Assembly: GCA_000934665.2 (NCBI GenBank)
Contig: JYFJ02000731.1
Span: 62,001 to 116,220 of the forward strand
Length of the DNA stretch: 54,220 nt
Source: Catajapyx aquilonaris
Lineage: Eukaryota
Direction: 5' to 3'
A model generated the notes under the pieces. The model worked only from the letters and a program-made list of their open reading frames with translations. It did not search any database and was not told where the DNA came from. The first letter of the stretch is position 1; each line of letters starts with the position of its first letter. This document shows positions 43,449 to 54,220 of this stretch, in pieces. A program made the position numbers and the translations under genes.

Positions 43449-45880
43449 TGTTGTAATACACCTTGAGCAGTACACACTCTCCAGATGAGAACCTGAGTTT
43501 GAATGTGCATCATGTTCCAATCGGACCTGTTTTTATCCTAATTGTGCTTGGTGGGTGGGTGGCAGGGGGTGGTGGGGGAGGGAAAAGAAAGAAAGAGCGA
43601 TAATTTTGCGGGCGAATTTTGTGAGAGCGATAACTTTAAAAAAAAAAAAAAGAGGCAAGACCTATATTTTTTTGTTGCACACAATTTTGTTCTTCCGCGT
43701 GATCCAACTTTCGAGGAGTGGATATGCTCCGGAGGAATCTTAAACTTTCAGTGGGCAATGCTCACCCATCCTTGCCCACTGCACTGGAGTAATTAGCACT
43801 TTAGCTAAGAAGGTAGGTGGGAAGGGGGGGGGGGATGGAATTAAAGCATTACGTAGGGTGCGGCTGCCAGTATTGCAGGGTTTAAAAAAATGCATTTGGC
43901 AGGGGTTTACGACATTGCTTAATTGCACATACTCCATTTTAAAAAAATAAAAATAATGAAGAAAAAAAAAATGTTGCTTCCTGCTGGAGAGTTGGATTGG
44001 TCCCCGTGGAAAGTTTTCCGATTCGAAAGTGACTATCAAGGTTCAGAGGGATTCGGGAAGCAATCTTGGTGACCGTCGCGGACCATTGGCTACGTTAATG
44101 TTTTTTTTTAAAATTTATATATTTTTTTTAAAATGTTTCTGTGGTCGAATTTGTGCGAAGAAACACGAAGAAGAAAAGTTATCGTACGTAATATTAGGTG
44201 TTACATTCATATCGAACCACAGACCGGAAGAGATTTTGATAATAAAATTATTTACAGGGTGCATGGTTGCTGGCGTCAACAATCCAAATCATGACCAACA
44301 CTGTCAACAATCATATAAATACCACATAAGGAATTTTTATTGAGTAACAGTAATGTACGCATAATAAGATATTGCAGCAGGTTTTTATTTCGCTACCGAT
44401 TCGCTACAGTATGCTTATTAAAAAAAAGTGAAAGATTTATGACTCGCATATCTTTGCTGAAAGTATATGGGATAGCGTTGCAAAAATAATTTCTGCAAAA
44501 TATACAGTTAATGCGGTTTGAAAATATAAGGCCACTGCATTTGATATCGAAATCGTTGAAATTGTTTGTTTCCTGTAATTGTTAAAATTAAACCATCTGT
44601 TTGTCGCATTGAAGTTTTATTCAAGTTGTCAACCTTTTGGACAGTGTCCAGCTGCACGTGCGCCTCATATACCTTTGGTATATACAGTATATGAACACAT
44701 TGTGCGTAATATTGTGATGGGGGTAGGTTGCATCATGTGAAATTGTGTGCAAATTAAAATGCACATAGCGAGAGGTAGTGTTTTCTCCCTCAGTGTCTCA
44801 TTACCTGGCGCTGCACCTGTCGGAATCATTAGCAGTAACCATGCAATTAAGACTTATTACCTGACTGTTACGTGTCGCTCGTATAATAACTAGACTGGAA
44901 TATTTTTTTTTAAAAAAAATCTCGGTTGCGATTGCGGTGCATGACCAGTGACTAATTATTCTTTCGCATGCTCTTTTGCTGCATTCATGGTGTCCATTAA
45001 TTCTGGTTATTTATTTTTGGCATCTGGTTAAGTAATTACGTCGTGCACTATCCGCAAGGTATATAGTTGAAGGCCTTCTTATACTTGAGACTTACACTCG
45101 GATATTGCTTAGTTTCCTGAAGAAGAAAAATTACTATCACGTTTAATGCATTTTTTTTACATAATAATTATTTTTAGCTGCCGTGTTTATGACTTTCTTT
45201 AATTGCAGACTGTTCGTTTTTATATCACCCTATATATAATATGTGACAAAGCGTTGAAGTAGCTGACATGCGATGGTGTGGTAAAAACCTCGTGCGATTC
45301 TCGCCCTTGGACTTAATCGCGTGTCCTGCATGGCAAGCATGCGAGGTTAAAATTAATTACGGAATTGATCCCTATACTCTGGGGGGCCCGCACTGTGGTG
45401 GTGGTGGTCACTTTGCGACAAACCGCTTGGCCATTCCGCGAAAATGCTGTCAATTTTATGGAGGTCTCCGGAGGTATATTGTAGGGTAGTGGGGAAGGCT
45501 AGACATGTCATCATCATCGGGTGACTCGCAAGTTGCACACAGCTGCAGTAAGCAAGCAAGCAAGCCATGCGTGCTGATGTTGCAGCTGGTCAGCTGGTCA
45601 AGACTGATGGTCAGTCTCCAGTCTCCTGCTCTATAAGGACCTTGATGGACTTGGCGATGCAAAAGGATGAGGTTTCTCATTAGGGTGTGAGTGACGCGTG
45701 GTGTCACAAGCATTGCAGGAGACGACTTGTCCTCATCCTCTAGCTGGACATCGCACACCCAGCATCAGCCACCCCCCTCCAAAAAAATATCTCTCTTGGT
45801 TTGGAGGAAGTAGCATTCGCTTCTGGTGGCTCGTTCCAGATAGGACACACCTTAGCAGCATCAAACTATCCAGCACAACT

Positions 45881-48825
45881 ATGATGGGAGGTCGAGGTCA
45901 CTTCCTGCTCTGCGTTGGCATCTTGCAGGTCAGTTTGGTCAGTTTACAGCCGTATGATATTTTTGTCTGGACAATATTTTACCCGTTATTACAACATATC
46001 GTAATTATATAGGTGGACACTTGAAGAGTTTTCTCTCAATTTCCACTCGATACATTTTATAGTGGAAGAGGGGGGGGGGGAATAAATATAATTTATTAAC
46101 ACTAAAAATGTTGCGTTCATGCAGCTCGTTTGTACATCTTTAAGTGAAAAAGTGTCGAATATGAATCTATTTAACTCGAGTATTTTAGAGAGTTGAAAAT
46201 TGCTGATCCGGATGCCTTTTTGCCATACGATGTCTGGGCATGTCCATGACAAATAATTCTAATATGATGACGTAGGAAGGTATTGACGTATGGCAAGTGC
46301 CATTATATCATCATTCTTTACTGCACGAGAAATATTCGAAAAACGCAACTTGTTCACATAACAACGACCTTTAAAAATGTATCCTGAGCTGACAGGCAGG
46401 CTTATGCAACCTGGTGAAAATACGTCCCATTCTTTTTAATTCCCCCTCGGATGACATTGAATATGTGCTTTCGGTTCAATTCAATGATAAACGTATCCTG
46501 CTGACACGTCAACATCCCTCTTAACTCATAAGAAAGACAAACAACAAGAAAAACAGACGGCTGCAAAAAAAAAGGGGGGCCAACATAAGAAAGTGTCACG
46601 TGTGCAAAATGACATTATTAGAAGAACAATAATATCATCCGCAGCTGACATCTTCAGCAAAGATAGCTCAGTGATGCCACCAGCCTTCTTACTTGAAAAA
46701 ATAAAATGTAACTGCTTGTTCACATATTTGGGCCTATAACCTAACCTTGTGGACAAACAAACAAACTTTGCCTTTTATTTTGTGGATCGAGCGCAGTGAA
46801 CCGCAACTTGCAATACATGTATAACTCATTATTCCGGTATAAAAGTCGTGCATCTGGGAGAAAATGTTAGTTGGAGGGTTAGGTTTTTGGGAGAGGAAAT
46901 AAACCTCTTGTACTCATTTGGAAGGCGGAAACTGACCAGGTCACTTTCTCGATCGGAAACTGCTCAATATTCTTCAAGTGTCCACCACACACCAAAAACT
47001 TTCCCTCTATAAGATCTCCGAAGAGTCACAGTGAATATACAGATGTATTTTACTGCCATTTAAATAATATATACCTGAATGATGATTGGAAAATTTGTTG
47101 TGACTGGCAAACCGGACTGTTGTAAGGTCACTGCTCTAATTATTATTATTGCGATTTTTTTTTTGTCACGACATGAGACTATTACATTATTTACGCGATC
47201 GGAGTATGTTGTGTCATTGCTGATTACAAACACTGGCAGGGAGCATATATAACTACATAAGAGGCGCAAACATTCGATTTCCGCGTCTCTCTGTTTGGGC
47301 CGTTGCCACGGCTGGCGGCCATTTTGAAGTGTGGGGAACGCCAACGAGGTATAAATAGGGTACAGGCAAAAATAGGGTCCGCCATCTTTGATTCGAGCGT
47401 GTTCTTGCCATGGCCGCCAAAACCATCAAAGATGGCGGACCCTATTTATACCTCGTTGGCGTTGCCCACACTTCAAAATGGCCGCCAGCCTTGGCAACGA
47501 ACCCAAACAGAGAGACGCGAACATCAAACGCGCCGACAGAAGTTTGCGCCTCTTATATGTAGGCTATAGTATATGCTCCCTGACACTTGGTGCCAAAATG
47601 TACAGGCGATGGAAGTGTCGTAGGCTGTATCTGCCTATTTTCGTAACTAAGTATTACGTGTATACATAACAGCCCAAAAAGAGTATATAGCAATAAATGT
47701 TTCGGATTAATTTGACAATTTGACATATATTTCCAGTTGGCGTCCATTATCGTGCCTCTGAATGGATACCACGCGTCCAGGAAGAGTCTGAAGGAACTTG
47801 TGTCCAACACGGACGGTTATCTGAACCGAGCCGCTGCCCGGATCAAAAATGGACGGTTTCTGCAAGGAGCGGTTATGGATCTGTTAAGATCCGAGGCAGA
47901 CATCGCGGACGTCCTGGTAAGAATACTTGGCACCCTAGAACGACCGCCATTGTTCAAACTGTCCACTTCGATCATAGATAGCGCGACTTCCCTATTTGTA
48001 CAGTGCTGCCACTCTCAGGTCGTGCCAGGGGTAGTGGTACTACTGATGATGACTCTCTCCGGACAAACAGATTCGTAGAGCTTCCTTTCAAAACGTGCTG
48101 CCATATATGAGTGTGCCAAGTTTCAGCACTTCTCAGTAGTCCGAAAGTGGGTTAGGTAGCCGGGACATCTATATTATTAATACCCGACTGTTATGGAAAC
48201 TCCTCCCGCAGCGTAGGGCCTATAGCATTGGGAGTGGTGTCAAAATTTTGCCCGAGTTTTCTACATTTGCAAACCACTTTTGTTTTTTTTTTGGAAACAG
48301 TGCCGATGGACTGTAAAACGCAAAAAAAACTAGTAAATTCCGCCGACGCTACAGTTGCAACGGATTTCCCAATTCCGCCGCGCAGGGCGCCACCTCCTTG
48401 GTCGCGACTCGCTTACTTCTGCACTTGACCGTCGGATGTCGCTTCGAATGTCCAAAAATTTTGACGCCATTAAAGTGTTTCCATTGTTTCATATTAAATT
48501 TTGGCAACCGGCGGGGTCACTAGTAACTTTCCCATTAATTACTGTAAGATATATTTATAGTCGCAGTAAAATATTTTTTGTATTACTAAGTTACATGTAA
48601 CTTCAGGTGGAAGTGGAAAAGATGCCCGTGCCACTTCACACTAAGGAAATCGGCAATTTAGTGGAGTCGTACAGCTCCAAGATACACGTAGCCTTGAAGA
48701 AAGTCATCGACGGAGTGGCAACGCAGAAGACTCTCCAGCCCCCAAGGAAGGTCTTCGAGACCCTGGAGAAGCTGCTGGAGAAAGCCAGGCTGGTCACTCC
48801 AGTCAGAAGCTGGTTTGGAAAATAA
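45881..48825 (+). CDS. Uncharacterised secreted protein, ~182 aa, 3 exons
   Basis: Exon 45881-45928 (MMGGRGHFLLCVGILQ|gtcagt) plus 47737-48018 (LASIIVPLNG-YHASRKSLKEL...) rebuilds a signal peptide across a phase-0 intron. The last exon, 48607-48825, ends ...VRSWFGK. No family recognised. Confidence 0.68.
47237..47582. mobile_element. P-like 7-bp-TSD element, copy 3
   Basis: CAGGGAGCATAT...ATATGCTCCCTG; flanks ACACTGG / ACACTTG. Confidence 0.82.
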
Positions 48826-48924
48826 ATAACGAGTGCGCAGGAGATATATTATTATTGCTGTTCATCGCGTGAATATGTATAACCTTGTTGTTAATAACCA
48901 TTGGTTAGAGCGTCGGCCATGTTC

Positions 48925-49278
48925 GAATGACGTCACTGGTGGCCTCTGTTGCCTCCCGCGCATGCGCAATGGAAGGTTTGAAAGACTGCGCATGTGCTCC
49001 TCGATCAGCACATGCGCAGTCTTCTAAACCCTCATTGAGCATGCGCAAGGTGCTCTCGATCTCAACTTGCGCATGCTCCGTGAGGGTTTGAAAGACTGCG
49101 CATGTGCTCCTCGATCAGCACATGCGCAGTCTTCTAAACCCTCATTGAGCATGCGCTAGTTGCTCTCGATCGCAAACTTGCGCATGCTCCATGGGGGTTT
49201 AGTAGGCTGCGCATGTGCTGATGGAAGGCAACTTGCGCATGAGCAGTGATGACGCAACAGCCAGTGATGACGCCATTC
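48925..49278. repeat. Foldback element with a ~110-bp tandem unit rich in GCGCATG palindromes
   Basis: GGTTTGAAAGACTGCGCATGTGCTCCTCGATCAGCACATGCGCAGTCTT at 48975 and 49085; imperfect inverted ends. Confidence 0.8.
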
Positions 49279-49976
49279 GTTCACACGGGTCATCTCTGGT
49301 CATGTTTGCTTCAGAATATTGGAACTATCCTTCAGGACATACTTGGCCAAAGGTTGCCCGTGTGAACGACCATATCTGTACCTTGCCTGTATTGTATAAT
49401 AGCACGCTCATTGTTTTTGTTGCTGTTGATTGATAATAGCCGGGGGGTGTTCAGACGAGCGCGATCTGGACTCGTTCACCCCAGTTCGTTCCCATTCGTG
49501 TGATCGACTAATATTTTGCTTTTGGCGCACAATATGTCTCGTGTGAACATGTTGTAAAGACATTCCAGACCGAATCCTGTCCCAAAACATCACTGACCGA
49601 GACCAATTCGTGCCCGTCTGAACGGACTTCGAACGTGTACAATAATATATTATTTTATGAGTAAATAAATTGAAATGCGCGCAATGTAAACCGTTGTACA
49701 TATCTTTCCCCCTCATTTTCGTCATTATTTAAAAATTAATAAACGAATCAAAAACATCCCTACACCCGACTACACCCGACCTTGGAGGACAATATTATTG
49801 ACCAATTTTTTCCCGATATAATTTAATTGTTTTTGTCACATATACAGTGTAATTATATATGTTAAAACGCAAGTACTGTCCATCAACAGGCATTAAATTA
49901 AATTTTGAGCAAATAGCTGCTAATTAATAATCCTAAATGTAGCATATGAAACTTCCTGGAATATCCTATGGATATC

Positions 49977-50190
49977 CACATATCCAGGACATTGGATATT
50001 CGGATATCCGCAGGACGTACACATATCCAGGACATTGGATATTCGGATATCCGTAGGACGTACACATATCCAGGACATTGGATATTCGGATATCCGTAGG
50101 ACGTACACATATCCAGGACATTGGATATTCGGATATCCGTAGGACGTACACATATCCAGGACATTGGATATTCGGATATCCGTAGGACGT
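49977..50190. repeat. 43-bp minisatellite, 5 copies
   Basis: Unit cacatatccaggacattggatattcggatatccgtaggacgta. Confidence 0.93.
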
Positions 50191-50633
50191 GTATACACAG
50201 TATACATCCAAATTTCCATGATATTGCAATTAATTGAAGCAAAAAAATATTTTTTTGGTACTTTTTAGTAGGTACTACATGATGAAGCATTTATCCAAGC
50301 TCTTAATCGTAATTAATTTTTGATTGAGAATCAACTTAATATTATCAGCTAATATTTTTTGATGTGAATAAAATAATAACTGCTTAAAAATAATAGGTCA
50401 AAAAGTGTATGCTGCTGTATTTCAATTTTTTGATGTTTATTTTTTTTCCTCATTTTTTTTTTTTTCATGTAATAATTGCAAATCCGTTAACTTCATTTTC
50501 GAACGACCCGGTTTGCGATACTTTATCGCAAAATTAGGACCTATGAAGATTGGCGTCCCCAGATGGCGCAACCTCCCAAACAGGATCAAACTTTCTTCCA
50601 AAATAGGATCAAAAGTCGGTAGGACCAGGGTTC

Positions 50634-51945
50634 ATGGACCTCGGAAGAGAAACAGGTAAATAATATTATGGGCACCAAAAATTAAAAGACCCTTTCATTA
50701 CAGATGACTAGGTCAATAGGTCAATGCTGCTTGCATGCAATGAATGGCATGCGCTCTGTGCGGTTGGGTAATTACAAAATTACATAGGTACAATAATTAT
50801 TAGCCGTTGGCCCGTTGCAACAATTACATATGTGCATCTGCGCAGTCCACTTTCCGCAACGTTTGCAAATTTATAGAGTTGCGGTAGAGGTCATCTGAAC
50901 TGCCAATTTACAATGGCTATTTATCATTGTTTAGAGTCATAATATTTCAGTGTACACTTGACAGCAGGGTGCGTCCAGCCCGAGGCCGTGCAATGCAAGG
51001 TCAACTGCGTTAAATGCGGTACTAACATTATTTGGGTTGTTTCAGCAATGATGTCTGAACTGCCACGGAGAGATGAGACTGAAGACGACAAGGTGTCGCC
51101 TATAAATGGTATCGAGGAGGTTTGGATCCAGGTGGTGAAGGAGGGAGCCCTGGATCTCCTGGAAGAAGAGAACGAGTCTCCTGCTGGAGTGGGTCCAGCA
51201 GCTGCGGATCAAACCCCGTCCACTGGAGGAGAGTCTTCCCTGCTCAAGTACCTCCTGCTCCACGGCAGGCAGCCAAACAGTTCTTCCCAAAACCAAAGCA
51301 CGGCCAAGGCCAACAACCAGCCGCAACCAAACACGCAGCAGCTGCCAGCCAATCACTCGTCTACCTACCAGCAGATTAATGGGGATAAATTTAAACCAGT
51401 CATCATACCAAAACAGGTACTTATTTGCACCAGAACCCGTGCAGCAAGTACACTAGCTGTAAACCGCAAAACATTAGAAGCGCATGGATGCGCTTGTGAT
51501 GCTTTTCAGCTTGGAAAAGTCACAATAACGCTCGTAATGAACATTATTGTGGCTTCGCCAAGCTGAAAAAGCATGGATGGGCTTGTGATGCTTTTCAGCT
51601 TGGAAAAGCCACAATAACATTCGTAATGAACATTATTGTGGATTCGCCAAGCTGAAAAAGCATGGATGTGCTTGTGATGCTTTTTTAGCTTGGCAAAGCC
51701 ACAATAACGTTCGTAATGAACAATATTGTGGCTTTGCCAAGCTAAAACAAAAGCATCACAAGTAGAGCATTAAAAATTGATGCTTCATCGGAGATTCACT
51801 AGTGATGCTCTTGTAATGTTTTGCGGTTTCCAGTGCAAGCCTCGTTATAATATGAACAAGTGAATTTTAAATGAGAATAAGTGTGCCAATATTGAAATAT
51901 TGTAATTCCAACTGCTTTCTTTTACAGGTTCATCTTAGGCGTTGA
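50634..51945 (+). CDS. Small low-complexity protein with an LxxLL motif, ~136 aa (N-terminal exon uncertain)
   Basis: Core exon 51046-51416 (acceptor tttcag, donor CAG|gtactt, GC-rich and open), terminal exon 51928-51945 (VHLRR*), candidate first exon 50634-50655 (phase 1). Contains GESSLLKYLLLHG. Confidence 0.55.
51451..51835. mobile_element. CACT-terminated non-autonomous element with three internal 89-bp hairpin-forming repeats
   Basis: CACT..AAACCGCAAAACATTA / TAATGTTTTGCGGTTT.CAGTG ends. Units start at 51482, 51571 and 51660, each containing TTTTCAGCTTGG..CCACAATAA / TTATTGTGG..CCAAGCTGAAAA. Confidence 0.75.
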
Positions 51946-52974
51946 AAAATGAATTATTATTTTTCGAGAGCAAGGATTCTGTCATGCATTGAACTTCATA
52001 TTCTCAACTTGTATCAAAAATTTGCGCATTGCGTCGGTGAAACTTCTGAATTTTGCAGTTCTGTTACAGAAATAATGCCACCAAAGAATAATGAACTGCT
52101 TCCATTTTTTTTCCTCTCGGTCAGATCTGCTGAATTCAGAGTTGACCGACAGTAATTGCGTAATTTTGCAACAAATGCCTGGAGTGTGGAATTGCATGTT
52201 TGATGTCACAGAATTTTTGCAAGCCTTTCAACTGCATTTTTTTTGCAGACCCAGTCATGTCAATCAAAGACTAATTGTCACTGATCTCTGTGTCGTTATT
52301 TAACATTTTGCCAGTTTTAAAAAATTGGGCATGGTACTTGTAGCGTTAATATATTATACCTCTCTGTGTGTTTTATACCCGGAATACTTGGTCTACTGGT
52401 ACACTTGTGTGTGTGTGTAGCCCATTGCTCTGGAGATGTATGTCCTTGTGATATTGGTTAACATGTAGTGTCAGCGCAGCGATTCCTACGCTATAGTGTA
52501 AATCAGCGTGTACAGATAGTGTGATTATTAAGTACGCAATAATTATTGCAGTGAGGAATTACTGCTAACAATTAATTTATAGCCCAATCCAGTGCCATGA
52601 TTATATTGTGTGTGTGTTCATTTCGTGTACTGAAAGTGTAATGAACGAGTCTGCAATCACTAAAAACCTTTTATTTGACGCCACCTCCGCCACCTAATAA
52701 TATTTTAATGAGGTAATACAACAAATCAACATAATAAATTAATAACACTCTCGCAGCGGATCCTGCTCTTCCCACAGCCCGTCGCCATGATCACCCGTTG
52801 GCATGGACAAACAACCAACCAACCAACCAAACAAGCAAAAAACTTTCCCTTATAAGTATATCTCCAAGACAATTTATAAGAAAGCAATATCATATAGCAC
52901 TTGCATCATAAATTAAAGCAATGTAATTAGCACAACAAATTTATTATATAATAGATACAATAGCTCATAATATA

Positions 52975-54035
52975 ATAAATATAACTAATTACTTACGTAA
53001 TATGTAGTAAATATAACTAATAACTTAAGTAATATGTAGTAAATATAACATAACTTAAGTAATATGTAGTAAATATAACTAATAACTTAAGTAATAATTA
53101 TGTCATAAATATAACTAATAATACAATATAATAACTAATATATCAAATATGTAGTAACTAATATATAACAAATATAATAACCAATATATAGATAATTATA
53201 ATGTAATATAATAACTCATGATGCAAAAAATAATAACCAATATAGATGTAACTAATTAAATAAATGTGCAGAATATTGTAACTGATCTAAATATTTAACT
53301 AATAAAATAAATATTATAAATAACTAAATAAGTAACTAATGAAATAAATGTTATAAATAACTAATGAAATAAATGTTATAAGTAACTAATGAAATAAATG
53401 CTATAAGTAACTATAAGTAACTAATAAAATAAATGTTATAAATAACTAAATAAGTAACTAATGAAATAAATGTTATAAATAACTAAATAGGTAACTAATG
53501 AAGTAAATGTTATAAATAACTAATAAAATAAATATTATAAATAGCTAATAAAATAAATATTATAAATAACTAAATAAATAACTAATGAAATAAATAACTA
53601 ATAAAATAAATGTTATAAATAACTAATAAAATAAATATTATAAATAACTAAATAAATAACTAATGAAATAAATAACTAATAAAATAAATGTTATAAATAA
53701 CTAATAAAATAAATGTTATAAATAACTAAATAGGTAACTAATGAAATAAATAACTAATAAAATAAATGTTATAAATAACTAAATAAATAACTAATGAAAT
53801 AAATAACTAATAAAATAAATGTTATAAATAACTAATAAAATAAATGTTATAAATAACTAATAAAATAAATGTTATAAATAACTAAATAAATAACTAATGA
53901 AATAAATAACTAATAAAATAAATGTTATAAATAACTAATAAAATAAATGTTATAAATAACTAAATAGGTAACTAATGAAATAAATGTTATAAATAACTAA
54001 TAAAATAAATATGTTAACTAATGAAATAAAATAAA
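52975..54035. repeat. Long AT-rich satellite (AATAACTAATAAAATAAATGTTATA variants)
   Basis: About 1 kb of degenerate tandem repeats. Confidence 0.92.
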
Positions 54036-54185
54036 ATAATACAGTGTAATAATAGTTTGAAAGCAGTCTTTTTGGGCCGCTTCTTGAGCTTGGAAATTTT
54101 TTATTATTAAATGAGTGCATCATTGTGAGCAATACAGTACAGTCAACATAATCAGTCGATTACTGATCGAGAAGGTGGGTGCGGG

Positions 54186-54220
54186 TGGTGGAGGGTGGAG
54201 GGTGGAGGGTGGAGGGTGGA
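54186..54220. repeat. (GTGGAGG)n G-rich tandem repeat running off the right edge
   Basis: Directly visible. Confidence 0.85.

Noticed and set aside
47598..47642. Alternative first exon MYRRWKCRRLYLPIF for the 47737 exon
   Set aside because: The sequence resembles a repeat fragment at ~35351 and the donor is weaker; 45881-45928 gives a better signal peptide and donor.

Overview
This is eukaryotic genomic DNA, most likely from an arthropod (inferred from the DUF4789-like and GYGG-rich gene families), with spliced genes and many small non-autonomous DNA transposons and satellites. I built the gene models by hand from splice signals and reading phase. From left to right it holds: the first two coding exons of a type-3-like adenylyl cyclase (minus strand, running off the left edge); a 6-exon CRAL-TRIO lipid-transfer gene; an OVCA2/FSH1 serine hydrolase; a tandem array of four secreted Cys-rich DUF4789-like genes (one a pseudogene); a ~14 kb cluster of eight tiny secreted Gly/Tyr-rich genes around a 15-hydroxyprostaglandin-dehydrogenase-like SDR; an orphan secreted protein; and a small LxxLL-motif protein. 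Three things stand out. (1) A transposon-borne tandem array of nine perfect cAMP-response elements (TGACGTCA) lies just upstream of the adenylyl cyclase start exon. (2) The small secreted genes belong to three families and mostly form divergent pairs, reminiscent of silkmoth chorion loci; several are missed by the ORF track. (3) The embedded SDR is intact but has lost its catalytic Lys and its canonical NAD-binding motif. No database searches were run, so family calls rest on motif recognition.
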